NCBI GenBank assembly: GCA_951406725.2 | Contig: OX597838.1 | Location: 21,514,001-21,578,000, forward strand | Length of the DNA: 64,000 bases | Origin: Octopus vulgaris | Taxonomy: Eukaryota | Direction of reading: 5' to 3' | In this document: positions 53,145-64,000 of the stretch, piece by piece | How the letters are laid out: the number at the start of each line of letters is the position of its first letter | Position numbering within the stretch: the first letter of the stretch is position 1 | The notes under the pieces: generated by a model | Database searches by the model: none | The model's input: the letters and a program-made list of their open reading frames with translations, nothing else | What the model was told of the DNA's origin: nothing | Made by a program: the position numbers and the translations under genes

Positions 53145-53508
53145 TTGTTGTCTCTTCAGGGGAAATAAACGACTTTTATATGGCCCCCGAGGGTCCGTGT
53201 AAGATTTTTGGGGATTTACATAACAAAATAAATTGTACATTGGGGATCCACAATAGAATTTTTAAAGGGTCTCTGAAAAACTTTTCCTTTAGATGTATGT
53301 ATTGGTATGCATTGCAAGAAACAGCTAGGTTCCTTTATTTAACGTTTTATGTAATTCAACCTACACAAGTCAATGTGTGAAAAACAGGAATTTTGAAAAA
53401 AAGTTTCTATAATACTGGTTTTTAAACATCAAATGGCTATGTGAGGTCCACCAGAATAAAATAGTAATTAAAGGGAGTCCATGGATGAAAAAGGTTGAGA
53501 AGCCCTGT
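53145..53508. mobile_element. hAT-type MITE, same family as 28263
   Basis: Shared internal sequence (GTAAG.ATTTT.GG, TTGGGGATCCACA) and right end AAAAAGGTTGAGAAGCCCTG. Confidence 0.6.
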
Positions 53509-53608
53509 TTTCTATGTAAGGAAATAATTCAGACTAAAAGCTAATTTAACCAGAGTAAGAAATATAGAAGAGAATAAACGGTAGAAATGTTTTATAAAAA
53601 GAATAAAT

Positions 53609-54012
53609 AGGCGTAGGAGTGGCTATGTGGTAAGTAGCTTGCTTACCAACCACATGGTTCCGGGTTCAGTCCCACTGCGTGGAACCTTGGGCTAGCATCT
53701 TCTGCTATAGCCTCGGGCCGACCAAAGCCTTGTGAGTGGATTTGGTAGACGGAAACTGAAAGAAGCCCGTCGTATATATGCATATACATATATGTGTATG
53801 TCTGTGTGTCTGTGCCCCCCCCCCCCAACATCACTTGACAACCGATGCTGGTGTGTTTACGTCCCCGTAACGTAGCGGTTCGGCAAAAGAAACCGATAGA
53901 ATAAGTACTAAGCTTAGAAGCAATAAATCCTGGGGTCGATTTTCTCGACTAAAGGTGGTGCTCCAGCATGGCCAGAGTCAATTGACTGAAACAAGTAAAA
54001 GAGTGAAGAGTA
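53609..54012 (+). mobile_element. SINE family A, full length
   Basis: Head to tail match with the other copies. Confidence 0.9.
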
Positions 54013-54334
54013 AATGGTAAAACCAAAATGGAAATCCAAAGATAAATTAAACAAAAGAAGACAAAAACAGAGCAAAAACACTATTGACAATAACCATCCG
54101 TAAAACGCGACAGGGTGGGAGTAAGCGAGAGTAAAAACTTACAGTGGCTGAAATGCTCTGAACCTTAAACAGGAACAGAAAGTTCCCTTTTAGTTGAACC
54201 GCAACAATTCTTGTCACAAATAATTACAAAGATAAAATAGTGGAAAAAGATGTTAACTTTGAGTTCAGTCTATGATGCAACTGGCAAAATGAGGCGGCTG
54301 ACTACATCATTTCCGGTTAAGCCGTCCTTGCTAA

Positions 54335-54564
54335 ACTCTTTACTCTTTTACTTGTTTCAGTCATTTGACTGCGACCATGCTGGAGCACCGCCTTTAGTCG
54401 AGCAAATCGACCCCGGGACTTATTCTTTGTAAGCCCAGTACTTATTCTATCGGTCTGTTTTGCCGAACCGCTAAGTGACGGGGACGTGAACACACCAGCA
54501 TCGGTTGTCAAGCAATGCTAGGGGGACAAACACAAACACAGACACACAAACATATACACGCACA

Positions 54565-54606
<42 letters not shown>

Positions 54607-54734
54607 TACGACAGGCTTCTTTCAGTTTCCGTCTACCAAATCAACACTTGCCCAAGATGCCACGCAGTGGGACTGAACCCGGAACCATGTGGTTGGTTAG
54701 CAAGCTACTTACCACACAGCCACTCCTTCGCCTA
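54335..54734 (-). mobile_element. SINE family A (small internal deletion)
   Basis: Reverse-complement copy. Confidence 0.9.
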
Positions 54735-54779
54735 TGTGTATCAAATGCAGTAGATGACGACGAGATGGATACGATAATC

Positions 54780-55245
54780 TGAAATATACCTGTCAAGCTG
54801 AGATGGAGTCCAAAAAGAAAACTGTTTACGATGTAATTATGAAGGACTGGAGCCGAAATCTCTTTACTCTGATAGTTATCTTGCATTCGTCTAACCAAGT
54901 CATTGCCCGGAAGGAAGTGGAAAAAACAGTCATAGTATAAGGGAAATTGAAACTGAAATAAACAGGATGTTGCAAAACCCGTACAAATAGTAATTGGAGC
55001 GCTAGATATGATTAAAATCACGAAGAAAGAAACTATACAGGATTCACTGGTTTGTACAACCGAAAAGAGAGCTCTGTTAGTTACAACACGCATTCTACAC
55101 AAGAAGGCACTTTCAATTCACTGGCACGATTGGAACAACGTAATCTCTGCACACATCACAAATCTAACACAAGCCTCACCAAATGATATGGCAAGACTCA
55201 TACTATACATACTCGACCGACTCACAGCCACGGCCCAATAAAACA
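54780..55245 (+). pseudogene. Degenerate RLE-type LINE C-terminal remnant
   Basis: PVQIVIGALDMI...EKRALLVTTRILHK resembles the PIVIxALG...QKSALL.TARIL end of the elements at 24264 and 22912; stops upstream. Confidence 0.45.
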
Positions 55246-55368
55246 AAAGAAAACAAACCTATACCTTTACTTACCCGATATGTCTTTACTTAACCGAACA
55301 GCAACTACTCACAGCTTCCACACATTCGTATAAAACAACCCACACAGCACAGTCATAATCATGCGCAA

Positions 55369-55763
55369 TCTTTATATATAAAAGAGAGGTTGTGTGCCGT
55401 CTGTCTCCTACGATTTAGATTCCTAACTACTCCCACATTTTGCAGTGCAGTTTAACCAAAACCGGGTATCTTATAGTCGTGATTCATATCGAGCCTCTCT
55501 GGGTATTAGCGCGCGTCTACGATGAGTCTACGATTTAAAAAAAAATTTACCATCAATTTTTCCCATTTTTAATGCATTTTTGGCATATATAAGGGAAGTA
55601 ACTCTCTAAAAATTTATTATTAAATCTCAGAACGTAAAAAGCTACAGTAACACCCCCCTTTGTGGTTTGCCATATTGAGATGGCTATTATACTTTAAATC
55701 TCTAAAAATGCTTATATAGTTATTTCCCTTACAAACCCGAGCAACGCCAGGCGATACTGCTAG
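55369..55763 (+). mobile_element. Non-autonomous Helitron-like element
   Basis: A|TCTTTATATATAAAA start, subterminal GC-rich imperfect hairpin CCCGAGCAACGCCAGG, end CTAG|T; no TSD. Confidence 0.7.
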
Positions 55764-55904
55764 TCACTTATAAAAAATAACCCAGCGTATATACGCTGCT
55801 GAAATATATGACATTATATAAAAGCTTAACAAGACTATGTTGAAAAGTAAAGAATGTAAGTCAGGTAACTGCGATGAATATAAACCCACAAGGTTTCCTA
55901 TTAA

Positions 55905-56322
55905 TTTATTGCACACAAGGGGCTCTATTGCACATAGAGGGGAAGAACAAGGACAGGCAAAGGGATTAAGTCGATTACATCGACCCCAGTGTGTAACTGG
56001 TACTTAATTTATCGACCCTGAAAGGATGAAAGGCATTGTCGACCTCGGTGGAATTTGAACTCAGAACGTAACGGCAGACGATATACCTATTTCTTTACTA
56101 CCCACAAGGGGCTACACACAGAGAGGACAAACAAGGACAGACAAACGGATTAAGTCGATTATATCGACCCCAGTGCGTAACTGTGAACTTATTTAATCGA
56201 TCCCGAAAGAATGAAAGGCAAAGTCGACCTCGGCGGAATTTGAACTCAAAACGTAGCGACGGGCGAAATTCCGCTTGGCATTTTGCCCGCCCTGTGTCCA
56301 ACGATTCTGCCTGCTTGCCGCC
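55905..56322 (-). mobile_element. SINE family B, tandem dimer
   Basis: Two units joined at ATACCTATTTCTTTACTACCC, the same junction as in the 8654 trimer. Confidence 0.85.
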
Positions 56323-56353
56323 TTTGATGATGATGATGATGATGATGATGACG

Positions 56354-56405
<52 letters not shown>

Positions 56406-56897
56406 TGATGGTGATGATGATGATGATAATAATAATAATAACTATATTTAGAAGACCCCATCTAAAATCTGACACAGAACAAATATATTTAGCATGAATA
56501 CAGGGCCTTATGCAATTAGAAAACGATTAAAAATATCAGCTGTAGGACTGTAAAAATACACGAACGAAATAAACTGTTTTCTCTGTTCAAAGCAACCAAT
56601 AAATAAAATATAAAAATGATGGTTGAAATAACAGAGTTGTGAAGAGAAAAGAGAAACAAGAAGAGAAATTATAGGAAAAGGAAAACCTAAGCTAAAAAAA
56701 AAAGGTATTACAGAATGGGGCCATGATAAAGTAAAGATATTAAAGACCCCTGCGTAGCTAATACCTGAAGATGAAACGAGGATTTCGATAAGTGGTTCTC
56801 AACAGGGGTTGCACGTGGCCAATGGGGATCCGCATAAAATTTTGTTTTCAAAAGTTATGTGTAATGAAGTGGTTATCCTTCTATAAACGCACGAAGT

Positions 56898-57290
56898 GGA
56901 GGCGCAATGGCCCAGTGGTTAGGGCAGCGGACTTGCGGTCGTGGGATCGCGGTTTCGATTCCCAGGTCGGGCGTCGTGAGTGTTTATTGAGCGAAAACAC
57001 CTATAGCTCCACGAAGCTCCACAAGGCTCCCGCAGGGTGTGGTGGCGAACCCTGCTGTATTCTTTCATCACAACTTCCTCTCACTCTTTCTTCCTGTTTC
57101 TGTTGTACCTGTATTTTCAAAGGGCCAGCCTTGACACACTCTGTCACGCTGAATCTCCCTGAGGACTACATTAAGGGTGCATGTATCTATGGAGTGCTCA
57201 GCCACTTACACGTTAACTTCACGAGCAGGCTCTTCCGTTGATCGGTTCAACTGGAAACCTCACCGTCGTAACCGACGGAGTGCCACGACA
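56898..57290 (+). mobile_element. SINE family C, full length
   Basis: Same head and body as 22090-22477. Confidence 0.85.
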
Positions 57291-57345
57291 CTGACTATTT
57301 CAATGTTTTTAATACAAACCCTGATGATATTTTATTATAAAAATA

Positions 57346-57835
57346 CTAGATGGACCTGTGGAAATTCCACAGAACAAAAGAACATTTTTGAGAAAATATT
57401 TAAGAAGAATTTTTATTTTGCTGTGATTTCACTTCCAGTCACAATAGTACATATCGTATGATTTTAAAATTTCTCCCTGCCAATCACTTTATATTTCTCT
57501 CTTTCTCCCCACCTCTTCAACAAGCTTTTCAACCATGTAATTCCCCTCTTCATGTCTTTCTTTTCACCTTTCCTTCCCCACCCTACCCTATGTCATTAAC
57601 ACTCCTCTCTCCTATTTTTCTCTCACCGTCTTTTCCCTTTGCTCTTCGCCTCTTCCTTCAACTAACCACATGATGCATTTGGCCTTAGTGTTTTATTGCA
57701 CTCCTCTCTTCTTTCTTCTCTATTCACATTTCTCCTCATACCCCCCTTCTCTCTCTCTACCTCTCAAACTAAACGAAATATAACGGGTGACCGAACTAGC
57801 AGATTATTATATAGATAATAGAATTTTCTAAAACA
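57346..57835 (-). mobile_element. Non-autonomous Helitron-like element
   Basis: Minus strand starts A|TCTATATAATAA, has subterminal hairpin CTGTGGAA-T-TTCCACAG and ends CTAG|T. Confidence 0.65.
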
Positions 57836-58036
57836 TCGAGTGGCTATGGCGAACCAGAAGAATCAAATAGGAATCAAAGGGGTCCATAGACAGAAACTTG
57901 GTTGAGAGACATCGATTTAGACGAAGGAATATTGCAGTATTGAATAAGAAGCAATGGAATGACACAGTTGAGGTTAAACTAATTTTGATTGCGGCACAGG
58001 AGTAAATTGTTCCAAACAGAACATACTATATAATCA

Positions 58037-58650
58037 AAGGATGAAAGGCAAGTTCGACCTCGGCGGAATTTGAACTCAGAACGTAGCGACGGGCGAAATA
58101 TCACTAAGCATTTCGTCCAGCGTGCTAACGGTTCTGCCAGTAGCCTTATATAAAGTTATATGTAATGATTTCAAACTTTTGTCACAAGGGCAGCTTGGGG
58201 GAAAGGAATTAAGTTGATTACATCGACACCTGTGCGTAACTGGGGGTACTTATTTAGTCGACCCCGAAAGGGATAAAAGGCAAAGTCGACCTCGGCGGAG
58301 TTTGAACTCAGAACGTAGTGACGGGCGAAATACCAGTAAGCATAACACCCGGCGCGCTAACGATTCTGCCAGCTCGCCGCCTTATATAAAGCTATATATA
58401 TATTTCTTTACTAACCACAAGGGGCTAAACATAGAGGGGACAAACAAAGACAGACAACGGGATTAAGTCGATTATATCGACCCCAGTGCGAAACTGGTAC
58501 TTAATTTATCGACCCCGAAAGGATGAAAGGCAAAGTCGACCTCGGCGGAATTTGAACTCAGAACGTAACGACAGACGAAATACGGCTACGCATTTCGCCC
58601 GGCGTGCTAACGTTTCTGCCAGCTCGCCGCCTTATATAAAGCTATATATA
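58037..58650 (-). mobile_element. SINE family B, three consecutive copies
   Basis: Each copy is followed on the + strand by CCTTATATAAAG[C/T]TATAT. Confidence 0.85.
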
Positions 58651-58970
58651 ACAGCCCAAAATTTGAAGGATTGATTTGGTCCAATGGTGAGACGGCTGTT
58701 ATATCTATGTAGGTTCGAACCCAAGACAACCTTTTGTTGAAACCCAAGAAACCAAATCGAACTTTCGATTTTTCTTTAACTTACTCACAAACCTATAAAA
58801 GGAAGAAATATTCAATAACCCGCAACTCATACTGCATCACTGAAGGGTGTCAAAGCGCTCAATAAATAGCATTTATCTAAATCCAGACTACCACTTTGTA
58901 TATATATACATACATACATACCACACACACACACACACACATTTCACACACACACACACACACACTTTAC

Positions 58971-59014
<44 letters not shown>

Positions 59015-59484
59015 CAACAAGCGATAAGTAGCGATAGAAATGCAGCTTTCTTCAGCATCCTCTCCGAAGATGCTTCATTTTATGATACCAGACTTAATCC
59101 TACGTCCTATACCATGGTTTAACACCACCACCTGGTCTTTGAGTACCATACGTAATTGCGGTGCCCCATTTGTCTCAAGCATTCTGGGCAGGCCTCCGGT
59201 TTGAAGATGTCTCAGATTTTTTTCTCTACAACAGGTTTTTCACGCTGACTACTGAGTCTTTAAAGATTTTACCCTCTGTAAATCGTTACCGGCGCTGCCA
59301 TCTCACCTGACTAGACAATAAAATGCATTGCGAATAAGCCCGCCATAACCTTTCATAGATATGTATGTATGTGTATGTGTGTGTGTGTGTATGTGTATGT
59401 ATGTAGGGTGGGGGGCAAATCGTTGTGACTTCATCAAAAATACAACAGCTTGCAACTTGCACACACACATACACACATTCTGCA

Positions 59485-59518
<34 letters not shown>

Positions 59519-59620
59519 TATGTATATAAAATACTAAGGTCTACCCATAGCACTTATTCAGCATTACCTGTCACCTTTGCGTCTCACTGACACCATTACC
59601 TCTCATAACCTCTTTATATG

Positions 59621-59683
<63 letters not shown>

Positions 59684-59684
<1 letters not shown>

Positions 59685-60120
59685 GGCGTACGAGTGGCTG
59701 TGTGGTAAGTAGCTTGCTTACGAGCCAAATGGTTTCGGGTTCAGTCCCACCGCGTGGAACCTTGGGCATGTGTGTTCTACTATAGCCTGGGGTCGACCAA
59801 AGCCTTGTAAGTGGATTTGTTAGACGGAAACTGAAAGAAGCCCGATGTATGTATACATACATACATACATATATATATATATGTGTATGTATGTGTGTGT
59901 ATATGTTTGTGTGTCTGTGTTTGTCATTCCCAACATCGCTTGACAATCGATGCTGTGTGTGTTTACGTCCCTGTAACCTTGTGGTTCGGCAAAAGAGGAG
60001 CGATTGAATAAGTACTTGGCTTACAGCGAATAAGTCCTGGGGATCGATTTGCTCGACTAAAGGCAGTGCTACAGAATGGCCACAGTCAAATGACTGACAC
60101 AAGTAAAAGAGTAAAAGAGC
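59684..60120 (+). mobile_element. SINE family A, full length, diverged
   Basis: Head to GTAAAAGAGTAAAAGAG tail. Confidence 0.85.
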
Positions 60121-60507
60121 CAAAAGAGAGTATGCATGTGTATGTGTAAGCATGCAAAAATAACTGATGTCCTTTGTTCTAACAAACAGATTATAAACGT
60201 AAAAAAAAAAAGAAAAACGGTGACAATGACCTTGCCTATTTCATACAATATAATGATTATTATCATCTTATCTCGACGTATTGTTTATTTCGTTTTCATT
60301 TCCAACACAATCTCAGTCTTGCCATATAAGGCACACATACATACATTCATGTTTGCATGCACGTATGCATGCACGGAAATACGCATCTATAAAAATGAGG
60401 ACATACATATATATAGTTGGAATTTATAAAAAATTAACAAAAAACGAAGACAGAAGTGTAAACAACAAGCATGTGTATTAGTTTAACGTTCGGGAAGGTG
60501 AGAGAAT

Positions 60508-60543
60508 CTTATACGTTTCGAGCCTATGCTCTTCATCAGAAAG
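60508..60543 (-). ncRNA. Minimal hammerhead ribozyme-like motif (GAGC/GCTC family)
   Basis: Minus strand reads CTTT-CTGATGA-A-GAGC(ATAG)GCTC-GAAA-CG-TA-TAAG. Confidence 0.7.
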
Positions 60544-60621
60544 GAACACGAGAAAATAAACAGAGAGAGAATAAAAAAAACGGTTTAGTGGCTAGCGGTC
60601 CATCATGGCTATGGCTGGACA

Positions 60622-60744
<123 letters not shown>

Positions 60745-60992
60745 TTGTCTTGTACTCTGTTTTTTCGTTGTTAAAAAAAGTCTGTTTCCTTGTTTGATTT
60801 TATGTTTTCGTTTCTCGTTGTGTTCTACGTTTATTTGTGGTGTCCTATACTCTTATATGCATGTATATATACATATAGATGTAGGTATGTACATATATGT
60901 ATGTATGTATGCATATGTTTTATTTATTAAATTCTTATTATATATATATGCTTATATCCCCATTCTTATACATACGTATTTCATTACGCACG

Positions 60993-61023
<31 letters not shown>

Positions 61024-61164
61024 GCACAGACGCACACATGCGAACAAACAAACGAAAAAAATAAGAACGCAGCTCTGATAACGGACAGAGTCAACGACTA
61101 TTGAAATGGTTGCAAGACGCAACGAAAGTTTTAGAGAAAAATAAAACGCCAGGATTTCCTCCTT

Positions 61165-61440
61165 GTAAGCCTTAGTGCATTTGCCGAACCACTAAGTTAA
61201 GGGGATGTAAACACACCAGCATCGGTTGTCAAGCGATGGAAGGGGAACAAACAGAGACACACAAACACACACACACACACATATATATTTGCACACGATA
61301 AGCTTCTTTCAGTTTCCGTCTACCAAATCCACTCAGCTGACTTTGATCGGCCCGAGGCTATAGTAGAAGACACTACCCCAAGGTGTCACGCAGGGGGACT
61401 GAACCCAGAACCATTGGTTGGGAAGCAATCTTCTTACCAC
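61165..61440 (-). mobile_element. SINE family A, diverged
   Basis: Reverse-complement partial copy. Confidence 0.75.
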
Positions 61441-61591
61441 TCCCCCCCACACACACAAGCACACACACACACACACACACACACACATTATTGAATATCT
61501 TTTCAGGCAGTCGTTATGTTGTGTGACTAATGCTTCATATTTATCGGTGACAGATAAATTTGTAGAATATAACGTATGTTCCAGACATACA

Positions 61592-61627
<36 letters not shown>

Positions 61628-62079
61628 TGTATGTATGTATGTATGTATGTATGTTGTATGTATGTATGTATGTATGTACGTACATAGGTGTGTGTGTGTG
61701 TATGCATGGAATATACATACATATGATACATATTTATCTGTCGCCGATAAACATGAAACACTAGCTATAAAACCAAACGACGTCTTGAACAGAAGAAATG
61801 ATTCATTCTCCAGATGCGTAAGCAGAGAGAAGTTAGACGTTTTATCATTTAGGCACATCCCATTGCCGATTCGTTCGAAATACAAGCTTGATATATATTT
61901 TACTCAAGTAATCGATAACCATATATGTATACATGCATGTATGAATCCATTCATCATCTATCCAACTCTCTCTCTCCCACTCTCTTTCTCTATGCAAGTA
62001 TATACATACATATACATACACACACACATACACAGATACACGTGTGTATGTATATATGTGTGTATATTTTATGTATCTG

Positions 62080-62271
62080 TGTTTGTCTTCCAACCATCGC
62101 TTGACAACTGATGCTGGTGTGTTTACGTCCCCATCACTTAGCAGTTCGGCAAGAGAGACTGATAGAATAAGTACTGGGCTTACAAAGAATAGGTCCTAGG
62201 ATCGATTTGCTCGACTAAAGGCGGTGCTCCAGTATGGCTACAGTCAAATGACTGAAACAAATAAAAGAATA
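62080..62271 (+). mobile_element. SINE family A, 3' half
   Basis: CATCGCTTGACAAC...AATGACTGAAACAA. Confidence 0.85.
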
Positions 62272-62509
62272 GCCAGTTTTGATTTCGTTACGATGTTTCG
62301 TATCAGAGATGCCTGATGTAAAAAAAAAAAAAAACGAGATCGGAGATGAAAAATGAGCATTGATATATAAAAACTTTTGATATAAGAAGTAACGTTTAAC
62401 ACCACCTAAACACGCTTGTCCCCTAGGAACCGACGATACTGCTATTTTAACCCCAGGAGGACGCCTCTTCCAGCTGGTTATAGAAGTGCATTCCGCACTT
62501 GATATATAT

Positions 62510-62726
62510 TTATTTCCTTATTACCCATAAGGGGCTAAACATAGAGGGGACAAACAAAGACAGACAAACGGATTAAGTCGATTACATCGACCCCGGTGCG
62601 TAACTGGTACTTAATTTATCGACCCCGAAAGGATAAAAGGCAAAGTCGACCTCGGCGGAATTTGAACCCAGAACGTAACGGCAGACGAAATACGACTATG
62701 CATTTCGCCCGGCGTGCTAACGTTTC
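62510..62726 (-). mobile_element. SINE family B
   Basis: Near-complete reverse copy. Confidence 0.85.
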
Positions 62727-63314
62727 TAGATCTCCCTACTATTTTAGCCCCGAAACCATCAGACCGTATAGTTTCGACTTCTTTATGGTCATCCTCGGAC
62801 ACAGCAGTAGTTCACTCCACGTAGGAATATATACAAAAATAAGTGCAACAAGCAAACGAGATAGTCAAGAAAATTTCTATAAGAGATAAAAGCCGAGTAG
62901 TATAAATACTGCTATCGTCTCTAAATAAGATTTTCTTGCATGTAACGTTTAATATACCGTGTAGTATATTATAGTTATATTACGAAATGCGGTGCTCCTA
63001 CACGTCGTTAATAATTTTTGCCATTGTGTGCACATTTTTGCTAGTGTGCGCACATATTTTTAATTTGTGCGCTAGTTGTAAAACGTGTGCGCGCGCACAA
63101 ATGCACAACATGGAGATTGCATTGATTGCAGCTCCACAGTGTAATTCAAGGCAACCCCCCACCACACACACACAATACATTACTGGTCTACCCTGATACA
63201 TCAAAGGGAAGTAAGTGCCTCTTCGCAGTTCTTAACGCCTACCTTCAGTTATATAGCCAGGCTACAGTCCATTTAGCCACACCAAATTTCCCCCCACTTG
63301 CACTTGAGGGCAAC

Positions 63315-63349
<35 letters not shown>

Positions 63350-63965
63350 CTCTCTTGCTCTCTCACCCCTCACTTTCCTTTTCAAGTGGTACTTAAAGCA
63401 GTTGGGTGAGGGCTTTTGGTCTGAGAGGTAAAATGGCTCTGTCCTAAAAACCTTTCGACCACACAACTTCCTTCGCCGCTGCCACAAAGTAGAGGAAAAC
63501 AAACCGCCTCCCCTTGCAAAAAAAGGAAGGCGTTATTATAATATACACAATAGCAGCAGCAACAACAATAGTGGTGGGGCGCAATGGCCCAGTGGTTAGA
63601 GTAGCGGACTCGCGGTCGTAAGAATGCGGTTTCGATCCTAGTGTTAACTATTTCATCGCCTTCCATTTGACGAAGTAGCAAACGGAACGGCCACCGCCAT
63701 CGTCACCACCGCCGCCACCACCACCACCATCACCATCGCCGCCACCGCCACCACCACCACCACCACCACCACCACAACTACAACACGACTTACTAGTACT
63801 ACTACTACTACTACGACGACCACCACCACCACCAGTACCGCCAGCAACAATAAGAACAGCAGCAACAAAAACAGCAACAACAAAAACAACAAAAACTGCG
63901 AATCACGTACAGAAAAAAAAAACGCACAAACATATACATACCTACACACACACAGAGTGTGTGAG

Positions 63966-63997
<32 letters not shown>

Positions 63998-64000
63998 ATC

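Larger units (their letters stand above)
56790..57914. mobile_element. hAT-type MITE interrupted by a SINE and a Helitron-like element
   Basis: Left end AGTGGTTCTCAACAGGGG, right end GGTTGAGAGACATCG; flanking halves match the 28263 family. Confidence 0.6.

Noticed and set aside
63575-63645. tRNA gene-like sequence (also the heads at ~22410-22477 and 56898-56965)
   Set aside because: It matches the SINE C head and lacks a complete acceptor stem, so it is a SINE fragment and not a tRNA gene.

Overview
Repeat-dominated animal genomic DNA. The very dense (TA)n/(CA)n/(TACA)n/(TAGA)n/(TAA)n microsatellites and the tRNA-derived SINE families suggest an octopus or other coleoid cephalopod (inference, not verified). 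Only two long ORFs look real. One is an intronless class A (rhodopsin-like) GPCR at 44540-45610 (-). The other is a Penelope-like retroelement ORF (reverse transcriptase, Cys-rich linker, GIY-YIG endonuclease) at 32129-33877 (+). That element is 5'-truncated, sits in (TA)n, and is enclosed by ~1.48-kb near-identical inverted repeats (30574-32053 / 34585-36063) with a 37-bp unpaired 3' tail. Each arm carries a minimal hammerhead-ribozyme-like motif with a compensatory U3-A8 core change. At least nine more hammerhead-like motifs lie in short non-coding elements embedded in microsatellites across the window. One of these copies the inverted-repeat/ribozyme/tail layout in miniature, suggesting a microsatellite-targeting Penelope/retrozyme-like system. 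The rest comprises SINEs of four families, RLE-type and CR1-like LINE 3' fragments, Tc1/mariner, pogo-like and hAT MITEs, two Helitron-like elements and a ~390-bp foldback element. Nearly all other ORFs in the track are microsatellite artefacts. Coordinates were read by eye and repeat boundaries are approximate unless a TSD or TIR is quoted.
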